Of a stretch of DNA of 64,000 nt, positions 38,698-47,146 are shown piece by piece. Below the pieces are notes generated by a model, which worked only from the letters and a program-made list of their open reading frames with translations, did not search any database and was not told where the DNA came from. Every line of letters starts with the position of its first letter. The first letter of the stretch is position 1. Location: the NCBI GenBank assembly GCA_023416135.1, contig JAEZIF010000296.1, positions 10,611 to 74,610 on the forward strand. The letters are read 5' to 3'. Position numbers and translations under genes: made by a program. The DNA is from Pseudomonadota bacterium (GTDB taxonomy: Bacteria; Pseudomonadota; Alphaproteobacteria; Reyranellales; Reyranellaceae).

Positions 38698-39333
38698 GTG
38701 AGCACCAGGATGTCAGCCCTGTCCCGTCTTTTGATCGCCCTGTATCGCCGGGTGATGATGCCGGCAGTCGCCTTGGCGCTGTCGCTGGGCATCGTCGCCT
38801 GCGATCCCCAGCCGCCGATGACGGTCAGCACTCTCCAGCAGCCGTCGCAGGTCACCCAGACCATCCGAATGGCGGAATATCGAGTTGCTCCGGGCGACCG
38901 CATCCGGGTCATCGTGATGTCCGACCCCGAGCTCTCCGGCGAATACGAGATCGATTCGGCGGGTGTTATCTCGCCGCGCATGGCGGGCCGCGTCCAGGTC
39001 GTGGGCATGACTACGGCTGAGATCGAGGAACTCCTGCGCACGCGCTATCGGACCGATGGGCTCTTGCGGGTGGCCAGATTGAGCGTTGACTTGGTCGCGC
39101 GCCGGCCCTTTTACGTCCTCGGAGAGGTGGGGCGCCCTGGCTCGTTTCCCTACGTTTCGGGGATAAACGTGGCCCAGGCAGTGGCCATCGCGGGAGGGTT
39201 TACACGTCGGGCTTCCAAGACACGTATAACAGTTCAGCGATTCAATCAGACCCAGGGCATGGAGGAGACCGTGACCGAGGATAGCCCGGTGGGGCCGGGC
39301 GACATCATTCGGGTCCCGGAGAGATGGTTTTGA
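38698..39333 (+). CDS. wza: Short OPX polysaccharide export lipoprotein (Poly_export + SLBB)
   Basis: Lipobox LGIVAC, YRVAPGDRIRV, GEVGRPGSFPY, AVAIAGGFT, PGDIIRVPERWF; only about 200 aa. Confidence 0.9.
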   Translation: MSTRMSALSRLLIALYRRVMMPAVALALSLGIVACDPQPPMTVSTLQQPSQVTQTIRMAEYRVAPGDRIRVIVMSDPELSGEYEIDSAGVISPRMAGRVQVVGMTTAEIEELLRTRYRTDGLLRVARLSVDLVARRPFYVLGEVGRPGSFPYVSGINVAQAVAIAGGFTRRASKTRITVQRFNQTQGMEETVTEDSPVGPGDIIRVPERWF

Positions 39334-39367
39334 GCCGCCTTGTCGTAGTGGCGTAGGCGTTTTGGGG

Positions 39368-39395
39368 TAGGCGGTGTGGGACCGCCTATGTTGTT
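39368..39395 (+). terminator. Hairpin with U-rich tail between OPX and wzc
   Basis: TAGGCGGT-GTGGG-ACCGCCTA followed by TGTTGTT. Confidence 0.45.
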
Positions 39396-39489
39396 GGGAA
39401 GGTGAAACCGGGGTGCCCCGACAAAGGCGCCTCGGAGATGTCGTTTGCGGGTGTCGTCGCGCGTATACTTTGCCGCGGAGTGAATTGGG

Positions 39490-41862
39490 ATGGGATCGTT
39501 TCCTCGGAGCGACCAGATTGCTGATGATCCGGCCATAGCCCGGATCGTGCCGGCTTCCGAGCCCGGCGTGCTGGCGCCCATTCGCCCCAGCGAAGCACCG
39601 GACCAGCTATGGGAGTGGCTGCGCCTGCTCAATCGCCGCAAGGCGTTGATCGTGGGCTGCGGTCTCGTCGCTGTTGCCTTGATGGCCCTGATCATCGCTC
39701 AGGCGACGCCGATGTACAAAGCGTCGGCGCGGCTCCTGCTCGACACGCGCACCTTCAAGGTCGTCAGCACCGAGGCGGCGTTGTCGGGCGTCGACACCAT
39801 GAATCTCGGCGCCATCCAGAGTGAGCTCGAGGTCATCCAATCGGAATTCCTGATCGGCCGTGTCGTCGACAAGTTGGGACTTGCCAACAATCCGGACTTC
39901 AACGGTACCAAGCCTCCGGGCTTCATCGACTCGGCCTTCGCGCCGCTACGAGAACTGTGGGCCACCGGCATCTCGACCCTGCTGGCGCCGGCGCCCAGGC
40001 CGCAGCAGGCCCAACCGGTGCGCTCGAGCCGCGCCGCCGAGGAGAGCGATCCGCGCCGTCGCGCTGCCATTGGCGCCGTGGCGGGCGGCCTCAGCGTCAC
40101 GCTGCTTGGCCGCACCTACGTTATCCTGATCACCGTAGAGAGCCCCGACGGAGCGATGTCGGCGCGCATCGCCAATGCCCTGGCGGAGGCCTATCTCGCC
40201 GACCAGATCGACACCAAGAACGAGGCCAACCGCCGCGCCACCGAATGGTTGGAGCAGCGCCTCGCGGAGCTGCGCCGCAATCTGCAGGTCGCCGAAGAGG
40301 CGGTCGCCTCTTATCGCCGCGACAAGGGCCTGGCCGGCAGCCCCGAGGGCACCGTCTCGACCCAGACGTTGTCGGAACTGAACGGGAAATACGTCGCCGC
40401 CCGCACCAAGCGCATCGAGCGCGAGGCGCGTCTGGTGGCGCTCAGCAAGGCGAGCCTCAATCCCGGCGAGATCGCCAACATCGCCGAAGTTTCGGGCAAC
40501 ACTACCTTGGCCGCCTTGCGCATCCAGGACGTCGAACTGAACCGCAAGATGGCCGAACTGTCGGCGACGCTGGGTGACAATCATCCCAAGCTCATGCAGG
40601 CACGCAACGAGCTTGCCTCGGTGCGTGCCCGTTTCCTGAGCGAGACCCAGCGTATCACGCTCGCCGTGCGTGCGGAGCTCGACGCCGCCAAGGCCGAGGA
40701 GGACGAGCTCAAGGAGCTGGTCGACAAGGCTGCTGTCGTGTCCGGCACGGCGAGCCAGTACGAAGCCGAGCAAAAGCAGCTTGAGCGCGAGGCGCAGTCG
40801 AACCGCACCCTCTACGAGAGCTTCCTGACGCGATTCAAGGAATTGCGCGAGCAGCAGGACATTCAGCGCGCCGACGCGCGTATCCTGGCCTATGCCCAAC
40901 CCTCGGGCGCGCCGTCCTCGCCCAACTACAAGACAGGTCTGATGGCCGCCTTCGTGATCGGCTGCCTGCTCGGCATGGCCGGCGCCGTCGCCGCTGAGAA
41001 GCTTGACCGGGTGTTCCGTGCAGCCGCCCAAGTCGAGGATGCGACCGGCGTGGGCGTGCTCGGCATGGTGCCCGAGGTCAAGGGCGCTGCCTCGCAGCGC
41101 TCGAACGTCGTCTCCCATGTGCTGGAGAATACTACCTCGCCGGCAGCCGAGGCGATCCGCGCGGTGTTCACCGCTATAAGCCTGGGCAGCCTCGACCGGC
41201 CGCCAAGGGTTATCGCTGTCACCTCCTCGACGCCGAGCGAGGGCAAGACGACCTTCGTGGCGTCCCTGGGTGGCCTGCTCACCAAGATGAATGCCTCACG
41301 GCGCGTGCTGATCGTCGACCTCGACCTGCGGCAGGCCAGGATGTCGGCGGCGCTCGGCCTGAAGGACCGCGGCGGCACGATCGACGACTACCTGATGGGC
41401 TTGAAGACCCTGGAAGAGTGCACCAAGCGCCACGACAATTCGGGAGTGGATTACATTCTGGCGCGGCCCAATACGCCGAACGCGCCGGAAATCCTCGAAT
41501 CGCATGCCATGAAGGCTGCTCTCGCTACCTTCTCGGAACGCTACGACCTCGTGATCCTCGACGGGCCGCCGGTCATGGCGGTGTCAGACGCACGCATCAT
41601 CGCGCGCCTTGCCGACTACACGGTGTTCATCGTGCAGTGGGCCAAGACGCCGCGCGAGGTGGTCAAGACTGCCGTCAACGCCTTGTTGGGCGTCAGCAAC
41701 CACGTCGGCATCGTCATCAATCGCGTCAACCTCGCCAAGCATGCGCGCTACGGCTACGGCGACCACGGCGACTACTACTCGCGATACCGTGGCTACTACG
41801 GGGCGGGAACCGAACCGCCGGCCAACGCGACGCGACCGCCACTGACGCTGGCGAAACGGTAG
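39490..41862 (+). CDS. wzc: Polysaccharide co-polymerase / tyrosine autokinase
   Basis: Two TMs flanking a coiled-coil, EAIR, SSTPSEGKTT (Walker A), VDLDLR, ILDGPP, Tyr cluster YGYGDHGDYYSRYRGYY. Confidence 0.95.
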   Translation: MGSFPRSDQIADDPAIARIVPASEPGVLAPIRPSEAPDQLWEWLRLLNRRKALIVGCGLVAVALMALIIAQATPMYKASARLLLDTRTFKVVSTEAALSGVDTMNLGAIQSELEVIQSEFLIGRVVDKLGLANNPDFNGTKPPGFIDSAFAPLRELWATGISTLLAPAPRPQQAQPVRSSRAAEESDPRRRAAIGAVAGGLSVTLLGRTYVILITVESPDGAMSARIANALAEAYLADQIDTKNEANRRATEWLEQRLAELRRNLQVAEEAVASYRRDKGLAGSPEGTVSTQTLSELNGKYVAARTKRIEREARLVALSKASLNPGEIANIAEVSGNTTLAALRIQDVELNRKMAELSATLGDNHPKLMQARNELASVRARFLSETQRITLAVRAELDAAKAEEDELKELVDKAAVVSGTASQYEAEQKQLEREAQSNRTLYESFLTRFKELREQQDIQRADARILAYAQPSGAPSSPNYKTGLMAAFVIGCLLGMAGAVAAEKLDRVFRAAAQVEDATGVGVLGMVPEVKGAASQRSNVVSHVLENTTSPAAEAIRAVFTAISLGSLDRPPRVIAVTSSTPSEGKTTFVASLGGLLTKMNASRRVLIVDLDLRQARMSAALGLKDRGGTIDDYLMGLKTLEECTKRHDNSGVDYILARPNTPNAPEILESHAMKAALATFSERYDLVILDGPPVMAVSDARIIARLADYTVFIVQWAKTPREVVKTAVNALLGVSNHVGIVINRVNLAKHARYGYGDHGDYYSRYRGYYGAGTEPPANATRPPLTLAKR

Positions 41863-41865
41863 GGG

Positions 41866-42654
41866 TTGTCCACGCGCCGGATCTGGTCACGGTGGCTCGG
41901 GCGAACATCCACGGCGGCTGAGCCGGCGATCGTCCCCGAGGGCCATGCCGTCTATGCCGTCGGCGACATTCACGGGCGGGCCGACCTGCTCGAGGTGCTG
42001 CTCGGCCGCATTGCCACCGAGGCGGCCCGACATCCCGAAGACGTCGAGCGCAGCCTGATATTCCTGGGCGACTACATAGATCGTGGCGCTTCCAGCCGGG
42101 GCGTCGTCGAGCGGCTGCTGTGCGACCCGTTGCCGGGGTTTGCGACGGTGCGCCTGCTTGGCAATCACGAGGAGGCACTCCTCGACTTCCTGGACGGGCG
42201 TAGCGACGGGCTGGACTGGCTGTCTTACGGTGGCCTGGAGACGCTGATGTCTTACGGCGTGCCACTGAAGGGCTATCCGGACACGCCGCAGCGCGCGGCG
42301 GAGCTGCGTGGTGCGCTTGCCGTCGCCGTTCCGCAAGCCCACCTCGCCTTCTATCGGGCGTGTTCTTTGCACCATACCGTGGGTGACTACGTTTTCGTCC
42401 ACGCGGGTGTACGGCCGGGCATCAGCCTCGAAAAGCAGCATTCGGCTGACTTGCTGTGGATCCGCGACGAGTTCCTGCGCGCTCGACGGGCCCTGCCGGG
42501 CAAGGTGGTTGTGCACGGCCACACGATCTGCGACCTGCCGCAGGATCTCGGCCATCGTATCAACATCGATACCGGCGCGTTCGTGAGTGGCCGCCTGACC
42601 TGCCTGGTGTTGCGCGACACGCGGCGGCAGTTCATGTCAACCTTGGACATCTAG
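41866..42654 (+). CDS. Metallophosphoesterase, PPP-family protein phosphatase
   Basis: GDIHG, GDYIDRG, GNHE, FVHAG, LLWIR, VVHGHT, INIDTGA. Confidence 0.92.
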   Translation: MSTRRIWSRWLGRTSTAAEPAIVPEGHAVYAVGDIHGRADLLEVLLGRIATEAARHPEDVERSLIFLGDYIDRGASSRGVVERLLCDPLPGFATVRLLGNHEEALLDFLDGRSDGLDWLSYGGLETLMSYGVPLKGYPDTPQRAAELRGALAVAVPQAHLAFYRACSLHHTVGDYVFVHAGVRPGISLEKQHSADLLWIRDEFLRARRALPGKVVVHGHTICDLPQDLGHRINIDTGAFVSGRLTCLVLRDTRRQFMSTLDI

Positions 42655-42655
42655 A

Positions 42656-43303
42656 ATGCCGACAAGACTTAACATTGGCTGTGGTCGCTCGCCGACGCCG
42701 GACTGGATCAATTACGACAATTCACCCTCGGTCTGGTTGGCACGCTGGCCGTTGATGGCGCCGTTGCTGGCGTGGCTCGGGCTGATCGACCAGCACGCCC
42801 TTGCCTTCGTCGCGTTCTGCCGCAGCCATCACATCCTGCATGCCGATGCGGCGCGCCGCATTCCCCATGACACTGGCACCGTCGATGCGATTTACACCTC
42901 ACACATGCTGGAGCATCTCGACCGTGCCGAGGCACGGTCGTTCCTCGCCGAGTGCCGGCGCGTATTGAAACCGGGCGGCATCGTGCGGCTGGCCGTGCCG
43001 GACCTGCGCAATGCGATCGACGAATATCTTCAGCGGAGCGATGCCGACAGTTTCCTGCTCCGTCTGCAGTTCGATCTCGACAAGCCGCGCCGGCCGGCGG
43101 CCCGGCTGCGCCGCATGGTGAGCGGTGGCCGCGGCCATCACTGGATGTATGACCGCGATTCCCTGACGGCTCTGGTCGTGGCCGCTGGATTCGTCAAGGT
43201 CGAGCCGGCGATAGCCGGGCGCACCCGAATTGTCGATCCGGGTCGGCTCGACCTCGACGAGCGTGAGGACGACCGCCTCTGCCTCGAGGCGCGGCGTCCC
43301 TAG
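42656..43303 (+). CDS. SAM-dependent methyltransferase (Methyltransf_11-like)
   Basis: LNIGCG, SHMLEHL, ECRRVLKPGGIVRLAVPD, HHWMYD. Confidence 0.85.
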   Translation: MPTRLNIGCGRSPTPDWINYDNSPSVWLARWPLMAPLLAWLGLIDQHALAFVAFCRSHHILHADAARRIPHDTGTVDAIYTSHMLEHLDRAEARSFLAECRRVLKPGGIVRLAVPDLRNAIDEYLQRSDADSFLLRLQFDLDKPRRPAARLRRMVSGGRGHHWMYDRDSLTALVVAAGFVKVEPAIAGRTRIVDPGRLDLDEREDDRLCLEARRP

Positions 43304-43386
43304 AGCCGGCTCACGCAAACGTAAGCGGTCGTGTAGCTGCGACCGTGGCAGGCTCCCGCATCGCCGACAACAAAAGGGAGCGTCCG

Positions 43387-44004
43387 ATGACAACCGTTCG
43401 TTCGATGCTGGCAGGGGTGGTCGCGCTGGTTGCGTTCTCGGGGATCGTCGCCGACGCGCTGGCGCAGAGCCCGCCGACTCGGCTGCGCGGATCGATCGCG
43501 GCAATCGATGGCAAGACCGCGACCATTGCCACGCGCGAGGGCACGTCAGTGCCTGTGAAGCTCGCCGACAACTGGGTGGTCATGCTGGTAAGCCCGATGA
43601 CCATGGCGGACATCAAGGAGAACAGCTTCGTCGGCGTCGCTTCCATGAAGGGGCCGGACGGCACGCTGAACGCGCTCGAGGTGTTGATCTTCCCGGAAGC
43701 CGCACGCGGCTCCAACGAAGGCCACTATCCCTGGGACCTTCAGCCCGAAAGCATGATGACCAACGCCTCGGTGGCTACGGCCGCCGCCGCGCCCGACGGC
43801 CAGACATTGACCCTGAAGTACAAGGACGGCACACAAACGATAAAGGTCAAGCCCGGCACGCCCATCGTCACCTTCGCGCCGGGTGAGCGGGCCGACGCCA
43901 AGGTCGGCGCGAAGGTCTTTCTTGCGGCCACGAAGGGCGCTGACGGGGGCCTGTCCGCCGCGCGGCTGCTGGTGGGCAAGGATGGACTAACGCCGCCAAT
44001 GTGA
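43387..44004 (+). CDS. Exported conserved hypothetical protein (DUF5666-like)
   Basis: Signal peptide ALA-Q; RLRGSI, ALEVLIFPE, EGHYPWDLQPESMMTNA, VGKDGLTPPM; SD GGGAG. Confidence 0.8.
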   Translation: MTTVRSMLAGVVALVAFSGIVADALAQSPPTRLRGSIAAIDGKTATIATREGTSVPVKLADNWVVMLVSPMTMADIKENSFVGVASMKGPDGTLNALEVLIFPEAARGSNEGHYPWDLQPESMMTNASVATAAAAPDGQTLTLKYKDGTQTIKVKPGTPIVTFAPGERADAKVGAKVFLAATKGADGGLSAARLLVGKDGLTPPM

Positions 44005-44260
44005 GCGTTCGGTACGGTATCGAACAAAAGGTTCGTTCAGCAGCGCGCTTCGAATCCGAAGCGCGGGGGGCCGTCCTGAACATCCACGTGAGCGGGGCTC
44101 GCGCTCTGGAAGTGTGTCCGCGTCACAAAAAGGTTTCGGAGGAAACAGGCAAGGACGACGAGCGAAAAATTGGCTTCGCGCGCACCCCCATATATGTAGT
44201 CGTAGCAAGGCTTTGCGACTACAATGGGGGTTGGCGATTCCAATGAAAGCCGGAGATACA

Positions 44261-45595
44261 ATGAACACTCAACGTGTCCTCCGAGTTTGCTGCATCGCAA
44301 TGATGTTCGCGGGGATGAGTTGCCCGACAGCGCAGACTATGGCCCAAGTCGCCCAAGTCCCGGGGGCGGTCGGCCAGCCTCAGCAGCGAGACGAACGGCC
44401 AGATGTTCGAGCACCCGTCGTGCGCGAATCGGAAGATTACGAGGCCAAGGGTGTGCGGGTGGGAGGATTCAGGTTCTTCGGCTCGCTCGAGGCCGACGAA
44501 GTCTTCAACGACAACATCAATGCGACTTCCAATTCGGTAGGAAAGCAGGCCGCATTCATTCAGCTGATCAATCCGACCATGGAACTGAAGTCGGATTGGA
44601 ACAACCACATGCTGAATGCCTACGCCAAGGCCGGCATTGGGCTCTATAGCGTGAATCCATCGCTGAACGACTACCAGGACGTCTCGGTCGGTGCGGACGG
44701 CCGTCTTGACATCCAGCGCAACTGGAACGTCTATGGCGGCGCCTCATGGAATCGGCGCCATGATGAATTCGGCACGCCCAATACGCCGAACGGCATCGGG
44801 CTGCCGGTCACCGTGTATAACCAGACCAGCGCCAACGTCGGCTATTTTCAGGCGTTCAACCGCCTCAACGTGCGTCTCGACGGCCGCTTCGACAACTATA
44901 ACTACTTCAACAACGGCCTGGGGCCGAATCAGGGCGTCATCCCCAACAGCGATCGCAATCGCAACGAATGGCGCGAAGCATTGCGCTTCGGCTACGAGTT
45001 CTCGCCGGGCTATGAGGTCTGGGTGCGCGGCAGCCTCAATCAGCGACGGTACTTCCAGCTCGATTCTTCCGGTCTCGATCGCTCATCGAACGGATTTGAT
45101 GTCGTGGGCGGGATGATCATCGACCTCGGAGGTATCACGGCTCTGGAGGTGTTCGCCGGCTACCTGCAGCAGACGTATGTTTCCGGTCAATTCTCCAACA
45201 TCAGCACGCCGACCTTCGGACTGGTCGGATACTGGAATCCGATACGCGACCTCTGGGTAAAGCCCTTCATTCGCCGCACTGTCGACGATTCGGCGTTCAC
45301 GGGATCAGCTGCCTATCTCAGCACGACCGGCGGCTTGGACGTGAACTACAATGTCCGGCCCAATATTCGCCTCGACGCCCATGCCGATTACGCCATCGCC
45401 GACTACTCGGCGCTGAGCGCGGGCGGCAGCAACCAGTACGACCAGTATCTCACCTTGCGCGTGGGAGTGATGTACCTGCCGACGGCCAATTTTTTTGTCG
45501 GGCCGGTGTACCAATTCATCAACCGTACCTCGAACCAGTTCGACGGAGACTACAACCAGAACGTGGTCATGCTGAGGCTCGGCGCCAGGCTCTAG
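44261..45595 (+). CDS. Second outer membrane beta-barrel protein (BBP2-like)
   Basis: SD GGAG; GVRVGGFRFF, FNDNINAT, LKSDWNNH, GYEFSPG, terminal YNQNVVMLRLGARL. Confidence 0.87.
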   Translation: MNTQRVLRVCCIAMMFAGMSCPTAQTMAQVAQVPGAVGQPQQRDERPDVRAPVVRESEDYEAKGVRVGGFRFFGSLEADEVFNDNINATSNSVGKQAAFIQLINPTMELKSDWNNHMLNAYAKAGIGLYSVNPSLNDYQDVSVGADGRLDIQRNWNVYGGASWNRRHDEFGTPNTPNGIGLPVTVYNQTSANVGYFQAFNRLNVRLDGRFDNYNYFNNGLGPNQGVIPNSDRNRNEWREALRFGYEFSPGYEVWVRGSLNQRRYFQLDSSGLDRSSNGFDVVGGMIIDLGGITALEVFAGYLQQTYVSGQFSNISTPTFGLVGYWNPIRDLWVKPFIRRTVDDSAFTGSAAYLSTTGGLDVNYNVRPNIRLDAHADYAIADYSALSAGGSNQYDQYLTLRVGVMYLPTANFFVGPVYQFINRTSNQFDGDYNQNVVMLRLGARL

Positions 45596-46305
45596 CGCGG
45601 CGGCTGGCCGTCGGTGCGGCGGGACCCGGGGAGGTCCCGCTGTGCGAGCCTGCGGCTTTCGGCGATCAGCGTCAGGACGTACAGGCCGATGTTGGTCGCG
45701 ATCCATAGCAGTCCGAAGAGGTCGGCGTAGGTGACGGCCATGCCAGCGGCTTGGAACGGCCAGGGCGGCACGAAAAAGAACAGGGCGTTGGCGATCAGGA
45801 ACAGGCAGCGTACTTCGGTCAGGCCCATGCCGCCGGTTGCCAAGTGAAAGACGCCGGTCGCTTTCATCCTCAGCAGCGACTGCACCGTCATCATCAAATA
45901 GGTGGCGAACCCCAGCATGACAATCTCGGGCCGGATGTACCCCGATGCCGCCAGCCCTACGGCGAACAGAAGCTGCGAAATCACGTCGATCGACTGATCG
46001 AGAAAGAAGCCATAGACCGGCCGCTCGATCCGTCTCGCGCGGGCGACATGGCCGTCGAGTGAATCGCCGAGCCAGTTGACGACGAGACCGACATTCACAA
46101 GCCACAGTGCGATCGGATGATGTGCCGCAAGGAGATAACCCGCCAGGGCCAGGATTGCGCCGCCAAGCCCGAGCGCCGTTAGCCGGTCGGGTGTAAGCCA
46201 CAATGGTGTCCTCGGCGTCAGCCACGCCAGAGCCCGGCGCTCGGCGGTCGACAACAGGCCGCTGTTCGACCGGGTCGTGGCGGAGGAGATGTCGCGGTCT
46301 GTCAT
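45592..46305 (-). CDS. CDP-alcohol phosphatidyltransferase family protein
   Basis: TPDRLTALG and full signature DSLDGHVARARRIERPVYGFFLDQSID (DxxDGxxAR...GxxxDxxxD); GLTEVR. Confidence 0.92.
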   Translation of the reverse strand: MTDRDISSATTRSNSGLLSTAERRALAWLTPRTPLWLTPDRLTALGLGGAILALAGYLLAAHHPIALWLVNVGLVVNWLGDSLDGHVARARRIERPVYGFFLDQSIDVISQLLFAVGLAASGYIRPEIVMLGFATYLMMTVQSLLRMKATGVFHLATGGMGLTEVRCLFLIANALFFFVPPWPFQAAGMAVTYADLFGLLWIATNIGLYVLTLIAESRRLAQRDLPGSRRTDGQPPR

Positions 46306-47126
46306 TCTGTCGGCGAGGCGACGTGGAAGCGCGTAGCGCGCGCACCCCGTCGACGCATGAACTCCGGGACGAGCAGACTGAGCCTCGTCAGCCAGAAGGG
46401 AACGACCGGAAAGCCGATCAACGGCCTGTTACGCTCGAGTCCGTCGATGATGCGCGTCGCCGCTTCTTGCTCGGACATCTCGCCGGGACGAGGTCCGAGA
46501 TGGATGCGGGCCATCGCGGTCGAGACGAATCCCGGGCAAGCTACCACGACCCTGACGCCGTCTTCTTCGACAGTGTCCCGCAGCGCCAGACCGTACGACA
46601 CCAATCCCGCTTTGGAAGCCGAATAGGCGGGAGCGTCGGCCAGCGGCACGAAGCCGGCGAGCGACGACACGAGGACAATGCTTCCGCGCCGGCGTCGCCG
46701 CATGGCGGGCAGGACGGCATGGACTGTGGCTACTGTCGCCAGAAGATTGATTTCGAGAACCTGCCGAGCAGTATCGCCGGTTTCCGTGAGCTGATCGGCA
46801 CGGCGGCCGTCGAGGATGCCGGCATTGGCGATCAGGAGGTCCGTGGCGTGATCCCGGTCGAAGGCCTCAAGGAACCCCGTGAGGCGGCCGGTGTCGCGGA
46901 TGTCGAGGCAGCCGGTCCGGCAAGCACTTCCGGATGCGGCACAGTCCGCTGCGACAGCGGCCAATCGTTCCTCGTTGCGGCCCACGAGGCCCAGCACGCG
47001 GCCAGGTCCACTCAATTGTCGGGCAAGCGTCGCGCCGATACCGCTGGAAGCCCCCGTTATAATGATCGCCTTGAAGTCCACGTGCAAAAGCCCGTCAGGT
47101 CCGTCGTGCGGCGATTCATAGCCCAC
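46302..47126 (-). CDS. SDR oxidoreductase (RkpH/WcbP-like)
   Basis: TGASSGIG, IANAG, VSSLAG, YSASK, CPGFVST; alternative GTG start 47081. Confidence 0.92.
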   Translation of the reverse strand: MGYESPHDGPDGLLHVDFKAIIITGASSGIGATLARQLSGPGRVLGLVGRNEERLAAVAADCAASGSACRTGCLDIRDTGRLTGFLEAFDRDHATDLLIANAGILDGRRADQLTETGDTARQVLEINLLATVATVHAVLPAMRRRRRGSIVLVSSLAGFVPLADAPAYSASKAGLVSYGLALRDTVEEDGVRVVVACPGFVSTAMARIHLGPRPGEMSEQEAATRIIDGLERNRPLIGFPVVPFWLTRLSLLVPEFMRRRGARATRFHVASPTE

Positions 47127-47146
47127 CGCAGCCGCCGAGAAGCGGC

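Noticed and set aside
39365..39382. ops/JUMPstart element (GGCGGT...)
   Set aside because: Sequence is GGCGGTGTGGG, not GGCGGTAGnnTG, and is one arm of a hairpin
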